Assembly: GCA_036172245.1 (NCBI GenBank) | Contig: JAYWIR010000044.1 | Coordinates: 806,001 to 870,000 of the forward strand | Direction: 5' to 3' | DNA length: 64,000 bases | Source of the DNA: Raillietiella orientalis | Lineage: Eukaryota | Shown here: positions 23,501 through 32,790 of the stretch, in pieces | How the letters are laid out: every line of letters begins with the position of its first letter | How positions within the stretch are numbered: position 1 is the first letter of the stretch | The notes under the pieces: model-generated | The model's input: only the letters and a program-made list of their open reading frames with translations | Databases searched by the model: none | Told to the model about the DNA's origin: nothing | Position numbers and translations under genes: made by a program

Positions 23501-26500
23501 ATTACTACATACTATTGCTACTTCTTCTATCACTATGCTGCTGCTATTATTGCCGTCCCTGCTAATTCTACTACTTTCAGTATTATTACAGTTACTACTG
23601 CTTCTATTACTTCTGTTACTGCTACTTCCGCTACTGGACTTCCGTTACTGCTACTGCTACTGGTATTGCCTTGCGACTACTACTGTTGCGATTGCTACCT
23701 GCAGTAGGACGACGAGTGCCCCATCGCGGTGGCATCGAAACCACCACGCGGCTTCCGTGAGCGTTAAGGGCAGCGTGCTAGCTGCTCGCGCGCCTTTACG
23801 ACGATCGCTCCAGCTAGCGCACCCCGAAGCGGATGGCTGCTTCCTCCAGGCTCGTAGCGACCGGAGGCCGAAGAGAGACCGACATCCGCACGGTGGAGCG
23901 ACTGCGCGCTTGTCACGGCGAGCGCGTGCGCGGCACACCACCGACCTCGGGAGGGGACGCAGGCAGAGAGGGAAGGTTGTGGCGCAGGCGAGGGCCGACG
24001 GAAAAGGTTCCTCTCCCCGCTCCCTCCTCCCTCTCCGCACCGCGTCTTGTCGTGCACGCACCCCGCTCGCTCGAGAACTTCCGTCTTCCCTACCTGCGCG
24101 TTCCAGGTCATCCAGCTGAAGACGAGTACATCCTCGCTCATCGTGCTGAACCCTTTCTGGATCTGCTGCGACGTGGTCGGCTACTTCCTCTCCGAGGAGT
24201 TTGTCCTGAAGTCCCGCATCAGCGGGCGGTACACGGAGAACCTCTTCCACCTAGCCTACCCAGAGTGGGAGGTGTCGGGGACGCTGACCCTTTTGCAGAC
24301 GCTGCAGCTGTGCGTCAAGGTGAGTCTCCGCCCCGTCCCGCGAGGCGGCGAGCACGCTGCCTCTCAGCGGGGAGAACCGCCGCTGCCAAGGGCTGCCTCT
24401 TCGATTGCCCCGAGAGCAGAAACTTCATCTGAGCCCACGTTGCGTCTTACGGAAACCCCGTGGAGATCTGAACCATTCCCGCGGTGTCGGGGCCGGGACG
24501 CACAGGCCCGACTCGCGCGCGCGCCCCGCCAGCCCGATCCCTCCCTTCCGTTTCCGGAAACCAAGGCTGTCCGAGTCGAGTGGAGGAGCTCTCCAAGGCC
24601 GTCTTGGCTTAGGGCGATGTGAAGCTGCAGATCGGGAGTCGAACAGGAGCTGGCTGGTCCTTCTCCTTCCGAGTTCCTTCGTCTCGGGATGGCAGTCTCC
24701 CAGATACAGTGTCATTCGTCGCCTGGTGATGCTTCGGCCTGGTTCTGTCCGTTCCTTCTGATGGCGTCACTTTCTGGGCTTGTGATTGTTGCGTCATTTG
24801 CTTTTCTTCCAATCGCTGCTGACCTTTCATCGTTCGTGATTGTTGCGTTCTTTCCTGAACCTGCGATTGTTACGCCATCGCTCGAAATCTTTAAGCATCA
24901 CACTGCGTGCTCATGATCCATCCTGACATCCTGGCCTTCTTGCGTCCCTGAGTCTCTTTAATCCGGGACGTCCATGCGCGAACAGCGCTCGAGTCTTTTT
25001 ACGAGGCTTGAAGCTTGCAGTGCAGCGTGGCGAGCTCACTGAGGCAACAGGAATGGATCCCGAGAAAGAGTCGTAAGCCAGGAGAAAGGATTTTTGAGGA
25101 TCCCAAAAGGATTTTTGCAAGGCGCCCAAAACCTGGGCGTTGGCGCGTGGCGAACGATGCTGAGATGAATTTAAGCACTGGCTCCGGACACAGGGGACTG
25201 ATGAGGGAAGAAACCACCTTCCTCTCGAAAGGCACGGAATAGTGGCGATCGTCCCAATGGACGGAGTACGGATTCACCTGCTCGCCGGATTCTCCTCGTG
25301 AAGATCTCATGAATGTAGGACGCTGGCCAAAAATGGAGGGGATTCAGCATCGAATCGTTGGCTTCCATTGAAGTAAAGGGTGCACTGGAGCTCCTTGAAA
25401 GCCATATCGAAGCGTCGGAAGATGCACATCAGTCCCTAGCGCCGTATCAGGAGCCGCTTGCACATGTTTCTCTCGCTGTGAAGAGGGAAGGAACTTTTCG
25501 GGGTGATCTCGTATGAAAAGGCAAGAGGAAGAAGAAGCATAGCCATCATCTGCGCCAGCTGAGATCCTTATTTCAGTAAGTGGTCACTTGCCACGGCTGC
25601 CTGGATCCTCTGAGGAGGTTTTTGTCAACTTTTCACTCCACCATGGAAGCCGCATCTCGCGCTCCGTCGGAGTCGTCAGCAGAGACGTCAGCAGATTCTT
25701 GACACCAAATCATGACCTCTCTCCTTTTTTTTTTTTTTTTTTTTTTCGAGTTTGACCCAGGCCCTCTGATTGTTTGCGCGCGGATGTACACTGCGCTCTT
25801 TGATGTCTCTGGAATCCATTCTCGAACGTCACGGTTCACGCGGACGCTCGAGCACCGCGACACGGTTTTTCTTCCCTCGGCGGAGATGGCTCACATGCAT
25901 CATTCACATCGTTGCTTGTGAAGTGGAGCTCACAGCATCATGCGTTGCGCACAGTGTCCACTCACCTCGCGGCGAAGCCGTTGATGCTGCTGACATGTGC
26001 TTCACGCTTTCTACGCGGTTCGGCTGCAGGAGTTACCAGAGAGGCTCAGTCACGCGCGCGATACGCATGTTCGAACACATCGGAGCCATATGGAGAGCCA
26101 GTGAGTGACGTATGGAAGAAAAGACGCCCCTGGAGTCATCCTCCGTCGATCCCTTCGCCTCTCAGAGCAATCTTCAGGAGCTGACTGACGGATATGCTCT
26201 GAACCCTGCGCAGTTTCGGAAGCCACGAGGCAACTCTCGGTGAAAGAGTTCAGGCAGTGAATGATCCGGGAAGCCATCGAACCTCCCAGCCGCCATTTTG
26301 ATTAGGGATCGGAGATGGGAAAAGATTGCACAGATCAAGGTTACTGTTACGGTCACCGAGGATATTGAATAGGACCTGCTGACCTCATGCCACACTTCCC
26401 CTCGGGCTTCTGAGCAACCGTCTCTCAAGAACGTGCCCTCAAAGATCGGACCTCGCTCTCGGTGTGTGGAGGACGAAGTGGCGCCTCGCTCCGGCCATTC

Positions 26501-29500
26501 GCAACCTTTCCTGCCCTCCTCCGCTTCGGAGGGGCCAGACTCGCTTTTGGAGGACCACGGAGGGTGGAGGAAAGCGCGTCACCCTCTGCCATGGGGACCG
26601 TAGGCGAAGAACAGAAGCGACGGAGGCAGGAAAACCCGCGTGCCTGCGTGAGCAAAACGTGCGCGGCGCGAGCGCTCGTTCGTCTCGCGACGGTTGCGAC
26701 CACGTGCGCACGCGAGCAGATCAGCCCACTCTCGTCTCCACTTAGGCCGTCTCTTCGGAGATAACGGCGCGCCGGAACTTTCCACCACCGCTGCCGCTCT
26801 TCTTTCTCCTCCTTTCCTCCTCCCCTCCTCTGTTCTTCTTCCTTCCCCTTGTTTCCTCTTACTCCTTTCTTACTCCTTCTTACTCTTCTCTTTCCTCCTC
26901 CTCCCTATTCCTCTCTTCCTTCTTCCCACTTCCTCCTCCTTCCTTCCTTCTTCCTTCTTCATTCTCTCCCCTTCCTCTTTTCCTCCCTATTCCCTACTCC
27001 TCTCTTCCTATTGCTTCTCATCGCGCCACCGCTGCAGCCATTACCATCATCTGTTCATTGATCCCCGCCGCCACTATGATCACTGGTACGGTGATGGTCA
27101 TCGGCATCATCCCTCCATCACCACCATCGCCATCGTCTTCATCTCCGACAACATTATTCCACCGTTCCATCAACCGTTCCCATTATTCCATCAACCGTTC
27201 TTTCCATCTTTCTTCGCCCTCGCCGTTGTCATGGCAACAGCGACGGCGGTCCGCGCCGACTGGAACAGTTGCGGTTGTGGAGTCGGGAACGGGACGTGGA
27301 AAGAGCGCCGGCAGGGGGACTTCCAGCTGACGCGGCTGCTTCGAGGTGGGGGATCTCGGTTGCCTCGGAGAACAGCGTGGCCGATCCCGCGGGAACAGTC
27401 CTGTTGGCAGCTCTGTTCCAGCGGTCTCAGCGGTGGACAGGCGGCGCTGCGTTCGCGCTTCCCACCCGCCGGACTCCTTAGCGGTGCCCTGAGGGGCTCC
27501 TCGCCGACGTCGCTCCCTCCCGGTGAGGACGCGTCTGCGGGGAGCTCCGAGTCACCCCTGCCCAGGCTGTTTTGGGTCCCTCGGGGCGGAGACGGACGCC
27601 TGGAGAGGCGCGCGCCCCCGCACAGACTCTCTCGGACGCGGTAGCCTGATCCCCAGCCCTCCGGGCCCTTCCAGTGCCCCCGGGAGGACGCGACTGAGTA
27701 CGAGTTCCCCTGCTACATCGGTCTGGAGAGTGAAAGCGACCCATGGGACCCGCACGACGACTGGAGCCAAGGCGTGTCCATCCGCTTGGGCGCCAGGCTG
27801 AAGCCTTCGCGGTTCACCCCGCTCTCCAGCTTCCAGGCGATCTTCCCCAGAGTCCAGGTGCGTCCGGATAGGAGGGGGCGTGAGCGAGGGGGACGCCTGC
27901 TCCGCAGGTGCGGCTGCGCCACCTGGCAAACCGGCAGGACGAGACGCCCGCGGCGGTGGTCCTGTGCCAGTGGTCCGGAGGCTCGAAGATGCTGTACGGC
28001 TCCCTGGAGGCCATGATCCGAGCGCTCCCGGAGGAGAGTTCCTTCGAGGTCAAGGCACGCTGCCCCCGGGCCAAATGGACCGATCGAACGTTCCTGCTGT
28101 ACGCGCTCCTTCTCAGCGAGATCGAAGAGGTGGCGACGGCCCCTGCCTGCTACGCAACTACCCTCAAACCTCCCCATTCCCTTTCCAGTGCGTCGGAGAA
28201 GCGTGCCCGGGAAGCACCCTGGTCTGGGACGCCCTCAGCCCGAAGGACCTTTCGCGCCACTCCAAGAGACCCGCCGCCTACTCCTCGGAGGAAGTCAACC
28301 GCGCCCTGCTCGACCACGGCACCGAGGCGCACCTGCAGCATCCGGACCGATCCTGGGAGACCGTCCGCAGCCTCTTCGGCATCATCAGCGAAGCCGTAAG
28401 TAGACGCTGCGGATGCCCTCGGACTCGGCAGGTGGTGGCGTCCCAGTGGTTGCAAGCTGACCCACATCTCCCGCTTAAACCGTGACCCCCGCGTGCGGAG
28501 GCACCTCGGCCACACGAAGGCGCCTCCCACGATCCTCCCAGAGGGTCCGCTGCGCCGTGCGAGCGACGGTCGCGGCCTCTCCGAAGGGTCGGCGACCACC
28601 ATGACCTGACGGGAAAGGCTGCGGCGGTTGCCTCTTCGGGGGGTCCTCTAGACGGGTCGGCAGCACCCCATGCTGTGGTCTCTCGCCTCCAAGTCGGTGC
28701 GGCACCCAGCGATCAAGGTGCGGGGTGCTGATGTCGCCTCCGGGCTGAAATAAAGCCCCTGGCCCAGGGACCGGAGCTCCCATGGTCATCCTTTCCAGCA
28801 GCAAAGGTCTGGCTTACGGATGACCGCTTGGCCTCGGGTCTTTTAATCGGGCAAAAGAGACACGCTCGGAGTCCCGGGGCGCCGCTGACGAAAGCACGGG
28901 ATAGGCAGAGGCTTCCGCGCTTGACGGGGAAGTGATGAGTGGGGGCGAAGAGCCGCAGGACACGCTCTTCCTCCTCGACGGCCACTGACGACCTCTATCT
29001 GCTAAGCTCACGCGGAACAAGAGGTTCCCTAGGGGCGGCGGGTGGCCGATGGCGAAGAGAGGGCGGGGTCGATCAGGCCTCTCGATCAGCATCACCTCGG
29101 ACTGAGCTGCGCCTGACCCCCGACCTTCCTTCCAGTGCCTGGGTCACGTGACCCTGTTCCCGTCGCTCCCTTTCGCCGCCTTATCCAGCGCCGCCCGGAT
29201 GGAGTTCCTGCACATCACCCGGCGCAAGGAGGACGGCCGGACGGTTTCCAAGGGATACGACCCTGTGCCTACTGGAGAGGAGACCTTCCCACAGTGCCCT
29301 CTGCTTCAGTGGGACAAGTTGGCCGTCTCCAGCGTAGGTAAAGCTCCCGGCCCTCCGTAACCCGAGGACGCTCCGCCCTTCCTCCCTGCTCGTGGCTCCT
29401 GAGGGCGCTCGCCCGCTCCCTGGAGCCGCTGGCACCTTTCAGGAAACCCCCTTTCCCTGCCCTATGCCAGGTGCCGAACCGGAAGGTACCCTGTTCTCAA

Positions 29501-30656
29501 CCCCCGCGGAAGGCGGGACGAGCGCCTCTCGCGGAGACCTCAGTGGACAGCCAGCCTGCCCTTGCGTCGTTGCCTCTGCCACGCCCCTCTCATCTCGAGG
29601 CAAGAGAACGCTCCGGCGGGGCCCCACTACTCAGCAGCCTCATACGCCGCGTTTCGCGCTTGCGGACGATTCTTCCTCGGCGCCTGCTCGGCGCAAGGAG
29701 CTCGTCTTTAAAGGACTTCACCTCTCCCTCAAGGTCCCGTGGTCATCAGTGCTTTCCGTTGCTCTCATCTTCCTGTGGCACTTGTCCTGCATCTCTCGTC
29801 TTCCTGACCCTCGATCCTTCTTGCCCTGCAAGTCTCCTCCTTCTTTGGCCCTTCTTTCGTACACGTTCCGGAACTTCCGGCCACCCACCCCCATGAAATT
29901 GGCTTTCCGCCGTTGGAACCAGTCAAGGCCGTCGTCTCCGTGGAGCCGTCCGAATCGGACACGTGGTCTCTCCCCTCCTCCTTGCTCCTCTTCCTTTTCT
30001 GTTTTCCACCTCCTCTTCCTTCCCACCGTTGCTCCTCCTCCTTCTCCACAGAAGGAATCGCAGCACCACCGGTTATCCTGACCTCTTCCTGAGGGCTTCC
30101 TCCCTTTTTTCAGCTAGCGGCGAGGAGCCGCGTAAAGGAGGTTCCTTTTGGACAGCTGGGAAGTCCGAAGGATTCCTCAGCGGTTGATGTGTCCTCCTTT
30201 TGGGCATGTCCCTCCGAAGCGATCCTTCGGGAAAAACGGACCCGGCAAGCTCGATGCCTGTTGGTCCCGGCCGCGAGTTCCACTGTCGGCCGCCTTGCGA
30301 GGCGGCTCCTTGCCTTCAAGAGGAACCGAGTCTCGCGAGGGATGAAACGCCCCCTTGGCGCCGCGGCAGTCGCTGTCGGGAACCCACGCACTCCCGGCTC
30401 CTTGTTTCCAGTATCTTCCAGTCTCCTCTTCCTCCCCCCCCCCCACTCTCTGTGAAGGGAACGCGGCGCAGGCGTGAGGGATGTCCACTCCACTCCTCTC
30501 GTTCTAGCCAAGGTCATCGCGGTGCTTCAGAGGTTCCACGAGGAGGAAGCGCTGGCCTTCCTGCTGCACGCGTCGCCCTCCTTCCGGACGAAATCCGCAG
30601 CCGCGGACACGCTGCTGCAGCCTTCCCCGCAGGACGTCCCGTGCTCCAGCCGCTAG
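8482..30656 (+). CDS. DAPK1: Death-associated protein kinase (DAPK)-family Roco protein: ankyrin repeats + ROC + COR + divergent death domain. Multi-exon gene span; no kinase exon seen. Exons: 8482-8577?, 12612-12734, 19122-19319, 19376-19576, 20065-20219, 20270-20390, 20535-20739, 20793-21119, 21180-21424, 22776-22964, 24107-24319, 27675-27857, 27908-28129, 28189-28395, 29136-29337, (29471-29542?), 30508-30656
   Basis: Phase-consistent chain of GT-AG exons. The translation is collinear with DAPK1 as I recall it: ankyrin motifs (GNTPLHLAV, GNTALHFAV, GYSPLHYAA), 'PRVKVKIFGDAGSGKSSLLDSLK' (DAPK1 PRIKLKLFGHSGSGKTTLVESLK), 'LVASHAD', 'KILSLLPTWRK', 'LNPFWIC', 'IFPRVQV', 'LSPKDL' and C-terminal 'AFLLHASPSF'. 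The 5' end and one small 3' exon are uncertain. Confidence 0.88.
12557..12600. repeat. Exact 21-bp duplication AGGCAATCATGTACGTGTGAC (23-bp period)
   Basis: Copies at 12557-12577 and 12580-12600. Confidence 0.95.
12612..12734 (+). CDS. DAPK1: DAPK-like exon: N-terminal capping ankyrin repeat (GDQQSVLQELFAFVKNGDSKGL...DLDTANE)
   Basis: tttccag acceptor and GAG|GTGAGT donor, 123 nt, phase 0-0. Resembles the first DAPK1 ankyrin (AIIHAINDDNVPGL...DVNQPNK). Confidence 0.75.
19122..19319 (+). CDS. DAPK1: DAPK-like exon: two ankyrin repeats
   Basis: ttgcag acceptor, CAC|GTGAGT donor, 198 nt = 2x33 aa; ETACHFAS...GANLDVQDSNGNTPLHLAV. Confidence 0.93.
19376..19576 (+). CDS. DAPK1: DAPK-like exon: two ankyrin repeats
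   Basis: Follows a 56-nt intron; APLHLAAGRGYAECCGLLV...RTPLLEALREGHEDAARVLL; CAG|GTGAGT donor. Confidence 0.9.
20065..20390 (+). CDS. DAPK1: DAPK-like exons 20065-20219 and 20270-20390: last ankyrin repeats
   Basis: DGNTALHFAVRAD...GYSPLHYAAKIGSVDMVR|CLCLNGC...LAEFLSKL, split by a 50-nt phase-2 intron. Confidence 0.92.
20535..21424 (+). CDS. DAPK1: DAPK-like exons 20535-20739, 20793-21119 and 21180-21424: ROC GTPase domain
   Basis: P-loop GDAGSGKS, switch I YTKGI, G3-equivalent YEFSS, G4-equivalent VASHAD. Introns of 53 and 60 nt, both GT-AG. Confidence 0.93.
22776..22964 (+). CDS. DAPK1: DAPK-like exon: start of COR domain
   Basis: ttccag acceptor; NLPKVTGLLDKILSLLPTWRK...VNPLV...QMSAMGE; GAG|GTTAGG donor. 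Confidence 0.9.
23200..23700. repeat. Intronic degenerate trinucleotide repeat (CTA/CTG/TTA)
   Basis: Cryptic 3-nt periodicity, AT-rich relative to its flanks. Confidence 0.85.
24107..24319 (+). CDS. DAPK1: DAPK-like exon: COR domain
   Basis: VIQLK...LIVLNPFWICCDVVGYFLS...GRYT...LLQTLQLC; AAG|GTGAGT donor. Confidence 0.9.
26790..27220. repeat. Intronic pyrimidine-rich (CTT/CCT) tract followed by a CAT-rich degenerate repeat
   Basis: Direct reading. Confidence 0.8.
27675..28395 (+). CDS. DAPK1: DAPK-like exons 27675-27857, 27908-28129 and 28189-28395: C-terminal part of COR
   Basis: YEFPCYI...IFPRVQ|VRLR...QWSGGSK...FEVKAR...EIEE|CVGEACPGS...LSPKDL; 50- and 59-nt introns; GCC|GTAAGT donor. 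Confidence 0.88.
29136..29337 (+). CDS. DAPK1: DAPK-like exon(s): start of a divergent death domain (possible internal 66-nt intron 29244-29309)
   Basis: ttccag acceptor. ALSSAARMEFLHI...(RT|)WDKLA aligns loosely with DAPK1 DLNLLTRRKLSRLL...DWCLLA. Confidence 0.6.
30508..30656 (+). CDS. DAPK1: DAPK-like terminal exon (end of death domain, TAG stop)
   Basis: gttctag acceptor; KVIAVLQRFHEEEALAFLLHASPSFRTK resembles DAPK1 TLMSKLRELGRRDAADFLLKASSVFK. Confidence 0.75.
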
Positions 30657-31255
30657 CTCACCTGGCGGCGGCGGACCAGACAATCCGTCCCGCGCGGGGA
30701 GACGACGACCTGGACGACGACCATCCCTTGACTTCCCCCCTCCCTTCCTCCCCTCCGTCATGCAGAGTCGTCGCCGTTCCTTCGGTGGGAAAATACAGAA
30801 AGTATCTTCAGGAGGAGTTTCCCGTGGCAGCGGGGGCGGAGGAGAGCCAGGGGGATCTCCCGATCGCCCAGGCAGCGGACGGGAGAAGGAGCCGCCTCTG
30901 CCCCGCGTTTCGCCCTTCCGACCGGTCGGCTCAGCAGGAACGCGGCGACGCCGGGTTGCCTGGGAGAGACGGTGCCAGCGAGGCGCTTCCTGGACGGAAG
31001 AGAGCGTAGCTGTGGAACGGGTTGGCGGTGGTGGCGCATGCGAGCCAACGGGAAGCAAGAGACCCGCGCGGCGCCTGCTGGCGTCTCCTCCGCGGCTCGC
31101 TTCCTTACCGTTGGCCCCCCTTCCCGGAGCGGCCAGGAGCCAATCGCGCGCACCCGACGTCTCCGCTCGCGCTCTCCTCCCGCCCTAAGCCGAGCTCCGG
31201 GAGCCCTGGAAGCGGTGCGCACCCCACCGCCGCGGTCGCCGGACGACGCCGAGTC

Positions 31256-31261
31256 AAAAAA
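31256..31261 (-). terminator. RNA polymerase III terminator (T6) of tRNA-Gly
   Basis: Run of six T on the minus strand, 10 nt downstream of the tRNA 3' end. Confidence 0.8.
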
Positions 31262-31271
31262 GGTACCGCAC

Positions 31272-31342
31272 TGCATCGGCCGGGAATCGAACCCGGATCG
31301 CCCGCGTGGCAGGCGAGCATTCTACCATTGAACCACCGATGC
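31272..31342 (-). tRNA. tRNA-Gly-GCC: tRNA-Gly (anticodon GCC)
   Basis: GCATCGGTGGTTCAATGGTAGAATGCTCGCCTGCCACGCGGGCGATCCGGGTTCGATTCCCGGCCGATGCA: 71 nt, full cloverleaf, intact A and B boxes, no intron. Confidence 0.97.
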
Positions 31343-32790
31343 ACTTCTAGGAAGTGCGCTGCTGCGACCCTTGTACGAACAAATTTCTCAATCCCGAGCA
31401 ATCATGACTCCTTTCCGCGTCCGTTTCCTGTGACCTTCCCCTTATTTTTTTTTTTTTTTGTTTTTGGCCCCGCTTTCGTTTCGCTTAGTTTCTTTCGCTA
31501 CTTTTCTTCCCTTCCTTTCCTCTCCTTCGAAGATCTCTCCTCTCGGCCTTCACTCGCATCCGGCCTCCAGCAATTTCAACCACGAGACGGTGGCGGCGAC
31601 GGAGTCGTCGCCATGCTGACTCCCTCGCCAGCTCGCCGGCGGAGTAGTTTGGGCATCTGCCTGCGGTCACGACGGGAGGCCGCCAGTGGCGCTGCCTCCG
31701 CGTGGTCGGAGCGCTCGCGCCTCTAACGGGAGGGATGTTTTCCTCACGGGGCTCCCGCGTACCGGCGACGCTCAGGAGGAGGGTGGAAAGAATCGGGTGC
31801 GACGGGAGGAGGTTCCGGTCGCCGTCTCGGCTCGTTTCGGAAACGCGTTGCCACGCGTCCGCTCGCTGAGCGTCTCTAGGCAACGCAAGCGGAGAAGCGC
31901 CGGGCGCGCTGCCGCAAAGGGGGCCATACCATTCGACCCTCACACTCTAGAAGGGTGTAGCAGCGATCCGAAACATCCCCTAGACTCTCCGCCAGGGCTT
32001 CCCGAGACAACTGTCTGCTCGGAAAAGGTGATGTTCCCGCTCTTTGCGGGTGTTTCTACATCAACACCACCATCTCCGGACGACTCCGGGAGCGAAGGAT
32101 GCAGCGGGGATTGCGGCGCCGTCTTGGCGCCACTGCAACCTCCGCCGTTCCCGAAAAACTCGCGTGTCTCAAGGCGCCTGCGTGGAAAAGGTTGCGGGAG
32201 GCACCCCCACCTAGCGGATCGCCCTCGCGGTACCTCAGACGGAAGGGCATTGTCCAGAGGAGGCGCTACGCCAAGGGCATACCGCGGACTCTCCTCGGTG
32301 GTTGGCACCTGCACGCCGTAAGTCGCCCAGGAGCAGCAGCTAGTGGAGTGTGCTACAGGGAAGGTAATGCGTGGCTCTTCGGCCACCAGCAGGCTCCAGC
32401 GCCACCTTCAAGGAGACTCCAATGACACCATGCAATCAGTCAGGAATGCCGTGGCCATCGGAAAGAGTTTGGCAGACCAGAAGGAAAAAAAAAAAAAAAA
32501 CAAGAACAGAGCGCCGATCGTCAATCCGTCTCTTGGCAAACGGCTTGTTCCTGAAAAAACACCACATTGTCCTCGCCTATGGCTTTCGGAATGCGAGCCG
32601 TAATGGAGACCTCTCTTTCCATTCCATTCTATCTGGACGGTTCGCTTCACGTTGACTCGCTTTCCTCGGGGCGTAGGTCAAACGCCCGCGACCCGTCCTC
32701 TTTCTCTCTCTCCTTCCTCGAGGAAATCTGCGGGCACAGTTTGGGGGATATTCCAAGCGCTCTCCTTTTTGTTTTGTTTTGCTTTTTTAT

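Noticed and set aside
23086..24119. Poly-Leu / poly-Thr / Cys-Tyr-rich ORFs resembling membrane or mucin proteins
   Set aside because: They derive from the intronic degenerate CTA/CTG repeat.
25270..25480. Minus-strand exon-like segment nested in a DAPK-like intron
   Set aside because: It has acceptor- and donor-like ends, but no frame stays open across it and no partner exons were found.
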